Source: the human T2T-CHM13v2.0 reference genome, Homo sapiens
Assembly: GCF_009914755.1 (NCBI RefSeq)
Contig: NC_060928.1
Length of the DNA: 64,000 nt
Direction: 5' to 3' (one strand)
Below the pieces are notes generated by a model. The model was not told the DNA's origin. It did no database searches and saw only the letters and a list, made by a program, of their open reading frames with translations. Below are positions 38,506 through 53,401 of this stretch, piece after piece (position 1 is the stretch's first letter; every line of letters begins with the position of its first letter). Both the position numbers and the translations under genes were made by a program.

Positions 38506-39579
38506 AATAGAAGTGAGCCCATTTCCTCTAGAATGTATTATTAAAATTCAGATTTTATGAGGAAAAGAAGATCCTAGGAGAAAAACAAAAAACCCAGAGG
38601 CAATGGTAGGGCCCCTCCTATGAGTCTGTCTCAGCGGCACATTAGACTAAATTAGATTTATTAAATTAGCTAATTGTCGTGTTGGAAGGCACAGGCGAGC
38701 TGATCCTGAGGTGAGAAGCAAAACAAATAGGTTGCAGCAGTATGGATGGGGCACTGGGGAAGCGTTTAGCCTCACTAAACCTTAGGAAGCTGGTCCTAAT
38801 GAGGTGTACCAGGGGCGGCAGAGTCTTTGCAGAAGGCTCTGAGCACAGGAGAGCATGCCCTGGGACCAAGGACCCATCTAGAAAGGATCAACATTTCCAA
38901 CCGACATGCAGAGAGATTAGCAAAATGTTTAACTAATGCTGAAGTTCACCAAGCCCAACAAGCCAATCCCTGTTACATTTGCTATAAAAGCAAAGTCTGG
39001 AATTAGAGAAAATATTCTTGCAAATAATCAAAATGAGATTTCTAATTTTAAATTAAGGGACACAAGGCCTCTAATAACACATTTACATATGCATTTCCTT
39101 TATAGAGTATATCCTATTTTCAAAAGTGAATTTAAGGGAAGAATTCCCCTGCTCTACTTCTTCTTTCTACTTTGTCAATACAAGGGGTGTTCGCGGCCAT
39201 CGTCACAGCCTGAGCGGATGGCAGGATCTGCCTCGGGTACTCCTGTGCGAGCTCAGGGCTCCTCTGGGACCACCACCAGCTGCCTGCCCTGCTCCCACAA
39301 AGGCCGTTTAGTTGTCAACAATAACTGAGGATTCAACTATGTCTCACGGCAGCCAGGTGGTCATACAGCTCCTCCAATCGCCTTTTGTCTTGTTCGAATG
39401 TTAATATCAGAGATGGAGGAAAGAAAGGTCGCATTTAAAAATAGCATTCTGAACATCTTAGCTTTTCTCTGTTTGGACTTCTTACTGGATTTCCTAAAAT
39501 GGCAGCTATCACTGAGCACAGTCGTTTCCTTTGCAGGTGTCCAAAAACCCCCGTCATTTCATTGTTTTACATTTTTTAA

Positions 39580-39890
<311 letters not shown>

Positions 39891-42816
39891 TGATTTTAAG
39901 TTTTTAAGATGACCCTCCTCATCGTACTTTGTCCCTAGTATGTTAGAGAAAACCATCATTAACTTAAAAACACAGGGTTTGTTCTTTAAAAGTCTATTAA
40001 CATAAACCTAGATATCATTAAGCTTGTATCAATGAAGTTTCATAAATCCGTCTTGACTGATTATTTTGGGAATCTGATGTCATTTTCAGCCACTTAAAAT
40101 GCCTGAGCGGTTAAAGATTTGTCTCTGATGACTCAACTTAATGTGGGTGTGTTGGGTTTTTTCCTGGTTGAGAGACAGTTCTCCTTCAACGTGTTATTCG
40201 TGCAGATGACTGAGATGGTGTCTGGAAATGTGCTCTATCACACGAAACATTGTTAATACCATGCTCCTATTTGAATTTCTCAAAATGTTGGTGCTACCGT
40301 TGAGGTACTTGAGATGATCTCATTCACCATTTCACAAACAGTAAAACTTTTTACCCAATTGACAAAAATATGCTTAATTCTAAACTCTCTCACAGGAACA
40401 CAGTATTGCTTTCATCTTCTTGTTAGCATGGCAAGTCTTTGTTTTTAGTTATTTTCCTGAGATGGTATTTGTTAAGGCAGGTTTTGCAACTGCTTTGAAC
40501 CTACCGTCCCCAGTGATGTCTCCTGCTTAGGGTCCTTGAGACTGGTCTGTGTGCATTTTCCCCTTGGCTTCAGCAGGACTTTTGAGAGCAGACAAATTAG
40601 AGGATTGAGTTGTAAATAGAAGGTCTGATAAGATCCACCAGCCAAGTTTATGTCTCACATTCTCTATAGGCAACTTTTACTTGCTTGCCAGAGCATTGGA
40701 AATAGGTGATTGGGTCCAAAATATACCCATCATATCTTTAAATAATAGCATCATAAACTAATAACGATTCCTTTACCAATGAACATAGGCCATTAACATA
40801 TAAAGATGCTTTATTCTTTTTAAAAAATTACCTCGAAGTTTGTTATTAGTATTCACTTTAGATTGTCTTTCCAGAATTGATTGGTTTTATGTAAAAAATA
40901 ATTATAAAGTAACAATCATTTTCATGTCTCTATAAATGAAACAATTCAAAATAATTTAAAATGTAAAAAAGAGCACATAATTTGGGCTAGTCAGATTTTC
41001 TCTGGATTTTATCAGGAGTTCATTTACCAAAAGTCATAAAATTTGCCAAATACACCCTCACTGTTTGCCTTACAATGGACACATATTCCAAACATAGACA
41101 AGACCACAGGCAAAATTAAGTCTTTTGCTGATTTTAGATACAGACCACAGAGCGACTTAGCTGCCTTTAGCCAATTTCCCTGCTAGCTGGTCCTGCTCCC
41201 TGAGGTCCTCTCCCCTTCAACCAGAGTACTCTGTTCCCATCCACACCCTGCCCTCCTGGCCATGTCTATCACCAGGCCACACGCCGTGCTTCGCCCTGTC
41301 CTGCCAAAATACAGGCATGAGAAATGCAGGAAGTTTGGTGAAGTGTGAACATACAGGTTGGTTGAGAGGCTTGTTTTTTTTCATCTTCTACTCTACCTAG
41401 TGAAAATTGGCTTGCTTGTGTGCATAACAAAATGGACTTTTTCCTGGATTGAGTTTTACGTAGTCATTAAGATTAAAGTTGTAGTGAAAGAGGAACATCA
41501 TATTATACTTGTATATAATGTTTAGCCTTTTCTGTTTACAAAGGAGTATATGATTTCCAAGAATCATTTTTTCACAATAAACTCTTTGTTAATAAGTTTA
41601 ATTGTGTTAACATTATGAAATACAGACACACACACACACATGCCCTCCTTACTTAGATAAGAGCCTAGGACCTAAATAAAATAGTCCCATACTATAAAAT
41701 AATGATACAGGCTTTTAAAGGAATTTTTCTTGTAGTTCTTACATGCTTTGCATGAGGACCTTGTGAAGGGAGTGATAAAATCCTATAAATTGTCTTAGTA
41801 TTGATCGGCATAACAGGATTACATTAGCACCTGAACTGGAACTTCCTATGAGCCCATGAACACATTCAGAGAGATTAACTAAGACGATTTTCTTTTGCTA
41901 TTTTACAAACTAAAGTCACTTTATAATTTATTGGCAATGTCTTTAGAGGGACAGAAAACAGAACAAAGGTCTTAAAGCTACTGAGCAAGGCACGGAGCTT
42001 ATGATATTATATGCAATGATAATGCAAACCACAGGAAATTTATGGTGAGGCAGGAAAATACATTATATTATATATTTCCTGAGAACTGGAAATGATGTTG
42101 TGATCATTTGAAGTTAGGGAACATCTAATTCTGGATGAGTAATTATTTGGTTTGTACAACCAGATAACTTACCGTGTATGACTATCCTAGAAGGGGATGA
42201 TTCTTTGGGTTTTCAATATTAATTGATTTATGTGGTATGAGATTGAATTGCTAACTTTCTTCTGGTCTGCTTGTAAATTTCTACAAAGAAGATCCTTCGC
42301 CTTCTGTCCTCTATAGCCATCCACCCTGATTAGCCAATGCTGCAGTCTCACAAGCGTGTGGGATTTTATTTCCTTAACTAAACTATTTGCCTAACTCAGA
42401 GATGTAAGCTCAATGGAAGAAGAAAAAAAAAATTGACTGAGTTGTAATCATCTGGAGTGTTTGAAATAATTTGAATGGATGGGGATTATTTGCTTCAGAA
42501 AGCCTCTGTCTAACAGTATTCCTAGGAGCTAGGAAAACCAGCATTCTAATCTCAAACTCTGACATTTTTTGACAAGTTGCTTTAGTTCCCAGCATCATTC
42601 TGACCTTTGTATAATGAGAATAATAATATTTATCTAGCTTAGATTAAATCTTCCATCGTATTGTTGGGAATATTTCACTTTGATAAAGTGATCTTTCCTT
42701 TCAGATTCCTTACATGCTTTACAAATAAAATTGATTTAACAGTTTGCTGTTTCCTATTGCATAGATGTAGAAACCAAGACACAGAGAAATCATATTTTAC
42801 TGCATATTTTGAGATT

Positions 42817-42990
42817 TAATAATAGCTAATATTTGCTGAGTGGTTACCTAGTGCCAGACATGGTACATAACCTCATCTGATTCTATAGTAACCCTGCAAG
42901 GATTGTACTCCTACTTTCATAGTAAAGAAAACAGTGGCTTTAAAAGACTAAGGGAGTTTCCCAGAATCATCCAATGAGTAGGGGGCACTG
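42817..42990 (-). mobile_element. MIR
   Basis: 'taataatagctaatatttgctgagtggttacctagtgccagacatgg...aaccctgcaagg...gaaaacagtggc'. Confidence 0.75.
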
Positions 42991-43715
42991 TCCAGATCAC
43001 AGTGCAAGCATCTACTACCCCCAGCATTACCAAAACCAAGACAAGTCGAAGTTGTATCTCAGCAAGGTGTCCATGAAACAAGGTCCTGGCTTGGCCGCAT
43101 TTGGATTTCACTGTCCTATTGCCTGGGCTGGTTACCTGGTGAGCAATAACATTTCCCTTTCCATTTCTGAAGCCACTCTCAAAGACCAACCCTTTAGTGG
43201 ATATTGTGTCTTTCTTTGGCTACACAGCATCTGATGGCCATACTTCTGATAGCAACCTCACCCTCAATTTGGAAACCCCCAAAGTTTCCTGTGAACCGAA
43301 TGTGAAAACATCAAGCCCCCTCTGAGTCATGCTGGCTGTTTCCTGCCACCAGCTTGTGGCCTGGTTCTTTGCACCCAGCGCCACTGGTCAAAGCTCCCTC
43401 TTGTCCTCTGCTCCTCATGACCTACAGTGCAGGAATTACTGAAATGCTGTGGATTAGACATTTTTCCCTTTGCTATATGTGTGATGTCTTCGCTTCTCTA
43501 AGGTTTAATGCCAATCCCCTCAATTCAACACAGAGACCAATTCTCCCAGTGTTTTCCACTGCAACATTTTGCTTATACATATCAGTTCTGTTATGAAAAA
43601 GTAAAAACCAAAGTAGTACGTAAACATCAAAGAGAAACCTCCAAACCAAAGTTGACCTGTAGCCTTGACCTCGTTTCTCTTGGAAAAATTAGTGTGGAAA
43701 AAGATATTTACTTGG

Positions 43716-44018
43716 GTTGTTGTTGTTGTTCTTGTTGTTGAGACAGGGTCTTGCTCTGTCTCCCAGGCTGAATCTTGGCTCACTACAACCTTGACCTTCC
43801 AGGCTTAAGCAATCCTCACACCTCAGCCTCCCAAGTAGCTGGGACTACAGGCACATGACACCACATCCAGCTAATTTTTGTACTTTTTTGTAGAGACGAG
43901 GTTTCTCCACGTTGCCCAGTCTGGTCTCAAACTCCTGAGTTCAGTCAAGCAATCTGATCCGCCTGCCTCAGCCTCCCAAAGTGCTGGGATTACAGACGTG
44001 AGCCACTGTACCTAGCTG
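43716..44018 (-). mobile_element. AluJ with a (GTT)n tail
   Basis: AluJ-type text 'aggcttaagcaatcctc' and 'tttgtagagac', with small indels. Confidence 0.92.
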
Positions 44019-44113
44019 GGTTTTTCTACTTGGTTGTGGAAGACTCAGTCTTCATGGGAGCCAACAGACCGAACTGCTTTGGGAATAGCTTTAACGTATT
44101 TGGCTGTGTTTTA

Positions 44114-44745
<632 letters not shown>

Positions 44746-45790
44746 GTCATCTTTCAAAGTAAGCATTTCAATGAAATCATATCACTTCTCAACTTAAAAT
44801 CCTCCAGTGGTTTTCCATCACTCCCAGGACAATACTCAAAACTCATTTTTGCACTCACTCTCAAGGCTTAGCCTACCCATCTCTCCAGCCTCACCTGGTA
44901 CCACATCCTCCTTGCCAATCAGTCCTGCCAGTTTTCTTTCTTATTTTTATTTTATTTTATTATTGCTATTTCTCCCTCTGGATTTTTTTTTCAAATTTTC
45001 TCTAGATTCAGGGAGTACATCTGCAGGTTTGTTACATGGGTATATTGTGCAATGCTGAGGTTGGGGCTTCTGTTGAACCTATAACCCAAATAGTGACCAC
45101 AGTACCCCACAGGAACTTTTTCAACCCACTCCAGTGTCTACTATTCCCATCTTCATGTTTATATGTACCCAATGTTTAGCTCCCACTTATGAGAACATGC
45201 TGTATTTGGTTTTCTGTTCCTGCATTAATTCACTTAGGATAATAGCCTCCAGGGGCATCCATGTGGCTGTAAAGGACATACTATTGTTCTTCTTCATGGC
45301 TGTGTAGTATCCCATGTACATATACACTGTATATGTACCACAGTTTCTTTATTCAATCTACTGGGCACCTATGGTGATTCCATGTCTTTGCTACTGTGAA
45401 TAGTTCCTGCCAGTTTCTGATCACATCACAGCCTCCCATCCTGGGCCTTTGCGTATCCTTCCCTCTCCCTCTCCTCTTTCTCACTTCACCTAAATGCTTC
45501 TACTGATTAGTCATATTTCACTCAAATCCCCCCCAGAAAACTTTAAAATACACCCAAGATTATAAAAGACCCTCTAGTATATCCTTCCATAGAACATCAT
45601 TCTTTACCATTAAAGAATTTATCAAAATTTATAAAGATATATTTGTCCATTGGTTTAAAGGTCCTCTAGACTTCTTGCCCTGTGAGTGCAAGAATGAAGC
45701 TAGCCTTGCATATCACTGTATCCCTTTCATCTAAGAATGTTCTAGAAATTGGTGGTGCCCAATATTTGATGAATAAACAAATGAATGAAT
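44746..45790 (+). mobile_element. L2 3' part, interrupted by an L1
   Basis: 'atcatatcacttctcaacttaaaatcctccagtggttttcc'; ends 'aatatttgatgaataaacaaatgaatgaat'. Confidence 0.75.
44935..45404 (-). mobile_element. 5'-truncated L1 3' end (L1PA15/16-like) with a perfect 12-bp TSD
   Basis: TSD tcctgccagttt at 44923 and 45405; 'gattcagggagtacatctgcaggtttgttacatgggtatattg'. Confidence 0.88.
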
Positions 45791-45911
45791 AAATTTAAGT
45801 AGGAAAATGTAATATCAAAGTGTAAATAGTAGTCAATCTTGTACTTTCTCTCTTCAATATTTACTTATTGAAAAAAGCATGTATCACCTTTCTAATCAGA
45901 AAAAAACTTCC

Positions 45912-46587
45912 AGTTATTAAAAGTCAAAAAATAACATATACTGGCAAGGCTGCAGAGAATAGGAATCCTTATACATCGTTAGTGGAAATGTGAACTAGTT
46001 CAGCCCCTGTGGAAGGCAGTTTGGAAATTTCTCAAAGAACTAAAAACAGAGCTACCATTTGACCCAGTAGTTCCATTACTGGGTATATACTCACAGGAAA
46101 TAGATTGTTCCACCAAATTGTTCTGCACTCGTATGTTTATAGCCACATGTCTGTTTGTTCACAATAAGAAAATCATGGAATCAATCTTGGTGCCCATCAA
46201 TGGTGGATTGGATAAAAAAAAAAAAATGTGGTACATATACACCATGGAATGCTATGCAGCCACAAACAGAATGAAATTATGTCCTTTGCAGCAATGTGGA
46301 TGCAGCAAGAGGCCATTATTCTAAGTGGACTAATGTGAAACAGAAAATCAAATACTGCATGTTCTCACTTATAAGTGGAAGCATTGGGTATACATGGACA
46401 CACAAATGGAAACAACAGACACTGGGCATGTTAAAAGGAGGGAAGTGGGGAAAGAGCTGAAGACCTGTGAGGCACTATGTTCACCACTGAGGTGATGCGT
46501 TCATTAGGAGATCCAAACCTCAGCATCACACAATATGCCCATGTAACAAACCTGCACATGTATCCCCTGAATAAAAAAAAAAAAAAA
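45912..46587 (+). mobile_element. 5'-truncated L1 3' end (L1PA15/16-like)
   Basis: 'aaagtcaaaaaataac...caaacctcagcatcacacaatatgcccatgtaacaaacctgcacatgtatcccctgaat' followed by poly(A). Confidence 0.88.
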
Positions 46588-48946
46588 TCCAAAAAGAAAA
46601 GAGACATTTACTGTCTTGGTAAACACCTAAGTCTAAGAAAGATACCCAGACTCTAAAAATATATTTAGCTTAACAAATTCATATTTTAACATAAATATTC
46701 CTGCCGTAATTTTCCCAATTTATTTTTTTCTTTTGTATTTTTAAAGTCTAGCTCGCTCACAACGCGTTCCAGAGAGGGAAAAATAGTATATCATTTCCTA
46801 GCCATTTCTTAAATACCAAACAACATCATGAAATGTCAGATTTTGGGCTGAAATCAGAAAATAATTTTTAAGCATACTTAAAAATGTATAACAGTAATTA
46901 TAATCCACCACCCAAACCAGTTTAAAAATTTTAATAGCATTTCTGGCCTAAAGTGGATAGGGGCTGAGGAGGGAGAAAAAACGCCTTCCAGCTTATTTTT
47001 TTCAAATATAAAAGCTTGCCCTGAGCAGATGCGTTTTCCACAGTGCTGTCAGCAGCAGACCTAATTGCTTTTCATGTAAATTAAGAATATGTACCTTTGT
47101 TTAAGCAGTAATCTAGGTCAACAAGACGGGGTTGGTTTATTTGTTTTAGCTTATGTAGAGCTTTGAAATGGCAGTTAGAGCATGGCATGAACGTTATTCT
47201 TGGCTTCCATTTATTTAAGAAAACATTCCTCTTTTAAACTTTCTTTTTTCCAAACCTCCACTTACCAATACCAATGATCCACTCCACACATCACGAAGGC
47301 ATGTAAAAATACTTAACAGCTTTGATATAAGACACTTGGGAGTTTGGGTTGCTGCTATATATTTTTACATCTTTTATATTTGTTAAAGCTTGATGAATCT
47401 GAGAATACGTCTAGAGGGTAAATACTGACTTGAAACCATTTGCTTTTGAGTTGCCTCACTATAATTATCATAGGTTTTTTCCTCTCCTCCTGGAACAGAC
47501 AAATTTGGGGTATTTTGGTCAAAAAAGATATAAGTACTCTGATTACCAGACAAATTTTGAACATAGATTATATCATAGGGAGGAATTTCTGACCGACCCC
47601 TCCTGGTTTATGACAGCAGTGAGCTGAAGTGTACGCCACTGATCACTGGCCCCCTGTGCATGGAAAATTGTAACTCAGCAGGTGCTACCTGGAATCTGGC
47701 AAAAAGGTTTGTTCATTTGTTTGCATGTTTGTTTTAAACACTTCCTGCCAGGGGAGTATTTTGTGAACAATATACCACAAAGGAAGTTTAGTTTTAAAGA
47801 TCAAAGAACAATTTTGCTCATATAATTTGTAGTAGGGTAATATATCATCTGTACCAAAATCCATTATAGCTGTAATCCACTGGTTGTCATACTCTCATAA
47901 ATATGATGTATTAATAATAAAATAATTTAGAAGAATTCCAGGACCCATGGAAGTCATGTAGTTATATGGATGTAAAATAAAGGGACTTTCTCTTGAGGGG
48001 ACAAATTCCTTACTGCCATTTTAGTGTCAAGCTATTTCATTCCGCTGTAAGAGAACATTGCAATAATGCACTCATGATTATATATTTCAGTTTTTAAATG
48101 TGTTGTTAACAATGAAGAAAAATATTGAATCTAAAAATATAGACTTGGGGGAAAAAACAACATTCAAAAGATTAACTACTGGTCAGAAAGAAAATGCAAA
48201 ATCAAGAATTTGAAGAAAAAATATTTTTTCTTAAGAAGCTTTATTACCAAAAAACAAAAAGTCATACATTGTTTTGTATTTGTTTTGTTTACAAGAAAGT
48301 GAAAATTTTAGAATGTCTACACTAAATACACCCATCCAGCAAAAGTTTAATGATGACAGTCAAGAGGAAGGCCATAAAACAAACACTGGAGCAATTCAAG
48401 TGATATTAGAAAAGTGTCAAATATTTACTACCTGTTATGGGGATGGGTAAATCTGGTTGGTTGTTTGTTTACATATTTATGTATGCAGTATTTATTTATA
48501 ATCTGTATTTTTTAAAAATGATTTATGGTATATTTCTTTATACTCAGTCTTCTTTCAAAAACAAGGTAGCTGAATCTTTTTAAAAATGTATTATTTTAAT
48601 TTATGTGGGTACATAGCAGGTGTATATATTCATGGGGTCCTGGAGATGTTTTGATACAGACATGCAGTGGATGATCGTCACATCAAAATGGGGTATCCAT
48701 CCCCTCAAGCATTTGTGTCTTTGTGTCACAAACAATCCAATTATACTCGTTATTTTAAAATGTACAATTATTATTGTTACAGTCACCCTGTTGTGCTATC
48801 ATGTACTAGGTCTTATTCATTCTTTCGAATGATTTTTTTGCCATTAACCATCCCCACCTCCCCCTGACCCAGCTACCACCCTCCCAGCGTCTGGTAACCA
48901 TCCTTCTACTCTCTATCTCCATAAGTTCAATCTTTTTGATTTTTAG

Positions 48947-49358
<412 letters not shown>

Positions 49359-49853
49359 AGGATTTCATTCTTTTTATGGTTGAATAGTATTCCATTGTGT
49401 GTATGTACCACATTTTCTGTATCCATTCATCTGAGGATGGACACATCAACAGCTTTGGAAGGTTGCTTCCAAACCTTGGCTATTGTGAACACTGCTGTAC
49501 ATAAAAAATATGGGAGTGCAGGTATCTCTTTGATATACTGATTTCTTTTCTTTTGGGTATACACCCAGCAGTGGAATTTTATAGTTTTCATATAGTAGCT
49601 CCATTTTTAGTTTTTTGAGGCAGTTCCAAACTGTTCTCCATAATAATTGTACTAATTTACATTCCCACCAACAGTTTACAAGGGTTCCCTTTTCTCCACA
49701 TTCTCGCAAGTATTTGTTATTGCCTGTCTTTTGGATATAAGCCATTTTTTGCTGGGGTAAAATGATATCTCATTTTAGTTTTGATCTGCATTTCTATGAT
49801 GATCAATGAAGCTGAGCACCTTTTCATAGGCCTGTTTGCCATTATAAGTCTTC

Positions 49854-50273
49854 TTTTTTAATTTTTTTTATTATACTTTAACTTCTAGGGTACATGTGCA
49901 CAATGTGCAGGTTTGTTACATAGGTAGACATGTGCCATGTCAGTTTGCTGCACCCATCAACTCGTCATTTACATTAGGTATTTCTCCTAATGCTATCCCT
50001 CTCCCAGTCCCCCACCTCCTGACAGGCCCTGGTGTATGATATTCCCCACCCTGTGTCCGTGTGTTCTCATTGTTCAACTCCCACCTATGAGTGAGAACAT
50101 GTGGTGTTTGGTTTTCTGTCCTTGTGACAGTTTACTGAGAATGTGGTTTCCAGCTTCATCCATGTCCCTGCAAAGACATGAGCTCATCCTTTTTTATGGC
50201 TGCATAGTGCTCCATGGTGTATATGTGCCACATTTTCTTAATCCACTCTGTCATTGATGGACATTTGGGTTGG
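49854..50273 (-). mobile_element. L1PA5/6-like 3' fragment nested in L1MA2
   Basis: 'ttattatacttt...ctagggtacatgtgcacaatgtgcagg'. Imperfect TSD tgccattataagtcttc (49837) / tgccatttgtaagtcttc (50274). Confidence 0.88.
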
Positions 50274-53017
50274 TGCCATTTGTAAGTCTTCCTTTGAGAA
50301 ATGTCTGTTCAAATCTTTTGCCCATTTTTAATTGGATTGTTAGATTTTTTTCTATATAGTTGTTTGAGCTCCTTATATATTCCGATCATGAATTCCTTGT
50401 CAGATGAGTAGTTTACTAATATATTCACCCATTCTGTGGGTTGTCTCTTCACTTTATTGATAGTTTCCTTTGCTGTACAAAAGCTTTTTAACTTGATGTG
50501 ATCCCATTTATCTGTTTTTGCTTTGGTTGCCTGTGCTCGTGGGGTATTACCCAAGAAATATTTGCCCACACCAATGTCCTATAGAGTTTCCTCAGTGTTT
50601 TCCTGTAGTAGTTTCATAGTTTGAGGTCTTAGATTATGTCTTTAATCCATTTTTATTTGATTTTTGTATATGGTGAGAGAGAGGGATCAAGTTTCATTCT
50701 TCTGCATATGGATAGCCAGTTTTCCCAGCACTATTTATTGAGGAGAGAATCTTTTCCCCAATGTATGTTTTTGGCACCTTGGTTGAAAATGGTTTACTGG
50801 AGGTGTGTGGATTTGTTTCTGGGTTCTTTACTCTGTTCCATTTGATCAATGTGTCTGTTTTTATGCCAGTACCATGCTGTTTTGGTTACTATAACTCTGC
50901 AGTATAATTTGAAGTCAGGTAATATAATTCCTTCAGTTTTATTCTCTTTGCTTAGGATAGCTTTTGCTCTTCTGGGTCTTTTGTGATTCCATATAAATTT
51001 TAGGATTGTTTTTTATATTTCTGTGAAGAATGTCATTATTTTGATAGGGATTGCATTGAATCTATAGATTGCTTTGGGTAGGGTGGACATTTTAACAATA
51101 TCGATTCTTCCAATCCATGGTGGAAGAATTTTTTTGGTTCCCTCTTTAATTTCTTTCATCAGCAGTTTATAGTTTTCATTGTAGAGATCTTCTTAGGTAT
51201 TTAATTTTATTGATGGCTATTGTAAATGGCTATTGTAAATGGGATTACTTTAATTTTATTGATGGCTATTGTAAATGGGATTACTTTTTTGATTTCTCTT
51301 CAGATTGCTCACCGTTGGCATATAGAAGTGCTACTGATTTTTGTATGTTGATTTTGTATCCTGCAACTTAACTGGATTTGTGTATCAGTTCTAATAGTTT
51401 TTTATGGAGTCTTTAGGTTTTTCCAAATATAAAATCATATCATCCGCAAACAAGGATAATTTGACTTCTTCTTTCCAATTTGAATGCCCTTTTTTTTCCT
51501 CTTGTCTGATTGCTCTAGCTAGGATTTGCAGTACTATATTGAATAACAGTGATGAAAATGGGCATCCTGGTTCCATTCTAGACCTTAGAGGAAAGGCTTT
51601 CCTTTTTTTTTTTCTATTCAGTATAATACTCGCTGTGGGTGTGTCATATATGGCTTTTATTATGCATGTTCCTTCTGTCCCCAGTTACTTTAGGGTTTTT
51701 ATCATGAAGGGATGTCAAATTTCATCAAATGCTTTTTAAGCATCGGTTGAAATAATCATATTTTTTGTCCTTCATTTTGTCAATATGATGTATCACAATG
51801 ATTGATGTGCATATGCTGAGCCATCCTTGCATCACAGAGATAAATCCCACTTGTTCAGAATGAATAATCTTTTAAATTTATTGTTGAATTCAGTTTGCTA
51901 GTATTCTGGTGATGATTTTTGCATCAATATTCATCAGAGATATTGGCCTGTAGTTGGGTTTGTTTGTTTGATGTGGTTTTGTCTTGTTTTGATATCAGGG
52001 TAATAATTGCCTTGTAGAATTTGTTAGGAAGCATTGTCTACTCCTTTACTTTTTGGAAGAGTTTGAATAGGATTGATATTACTTCTTCTTTAAATGTTTG
52101 GTAGAATTCAGCAGTGAAGCTATTGGGTCCTAGGCTTTTCTTTACAGGAAGACTTTTTATCACGGCTTTGATCTCATTACTTGTTATTGATTTGTTCCAG
52201 TTTCGGATTTCCTCATGGTTAAATCTTGGTAGGTTGTATGTGTCTAAGAATTTGTCCATTTCTTCTAGATGTTCCAGTTTATTGGTATATACTTGCTCAT
52301 AGTAGCACTAATGATACTTTGAATTTCTGTGAAATCAGTTGTAATGTCTCCTTTTTCATCTCTGCTTTTATTTATTTGGATCTTCTCTGTTTTTCTTAGT
52401 CTGGATAAAGGCTTGTCAATTTTGCTTAACTTTTCAAAAAACCAACTGGTTGTTTCATTATCTTTTGTATTGCTTTCTTCACTTCAATCTCATTTATTAT
52501 TTATTTTCTTCTATTAATTTGGGGTTTGGCTTACTCTTGCTTTTCTAATTCATTAAGATGCATCACTGGGTTGTTTATTTGCAGTTTTTCTTCTTTTTTG
52601 ATGTAGGCACTTATGACTATAAACTTCTTCTTAACACTGCTTTTGCTGTTTCTCACTGGTTTTGGTATGTTGTGTTTCCACTATCATTTGTTTCAAGAAA
52701 TTTTCCAGTTTTCTTCTTAATTTCTTCATTGACCCACTGGTCATTCAGGAGCATATTGTTTAATTTGCTTGTATTTGTATGTTTTCTGAAATTCCTCTTG
52801 TTATTGATTTCTAGTTTTATTCCATGTGTTTGGAGAAGATGCTTGATATTATTTCAATTTTTTAAATATTTTAAGACTTGTTTTCTGACTTAACATGTGG
52901 TCTATCCATGAGAAAGATCCATGTGCTGAGGATAAGAATGTGTATCCTGCAATCATTGGATGAAATGTTCTATAAATATCTGTTAGGTCCATTTAGTCTA
53001 TAGTGCAGATTAAGTAC

Positions 53018-53401
53018 TGTATTAGTCGATTTTCACGTTGCTGAATAAATAATACCTGAGACTGGGCAATTTATAAGAAAAGCACTTTAATTGGCTCACA
53101 ATTCTGCAATATGTACAGGAAGCAAACGTCTGGCATCAGCTTCTGCAGAGACCTCAGGAAGCTTACAATCATGGCAGCTGGTGAAGCGGGAATTTGCACA
53201 TCACATGGCAAAAGCAGGATCAAGAGAACAAGCAGGGGAGGTACTAAACCATTCATGAGATCATGGGGTTCTCATGAATGGCTTAACATTTCCCCCTCTT
53301 GCTCCATGATCCAATCACCTCTCACCAGGCCCCCACCTCCAACACTGGGAAATACATTTCAATACCAGATTTGGGCAAGGACACACATCCAAACTATATC
53401 A
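53018..53401 (-). mobile_element. MaLR solo LTR (MSTA-like) nested in L1MA2
   Basis: TG...CA ends ('tgtattagtc', 'aaactatatca') and 5-bp TSD agtac/agtcc. Confidence 0.88.
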
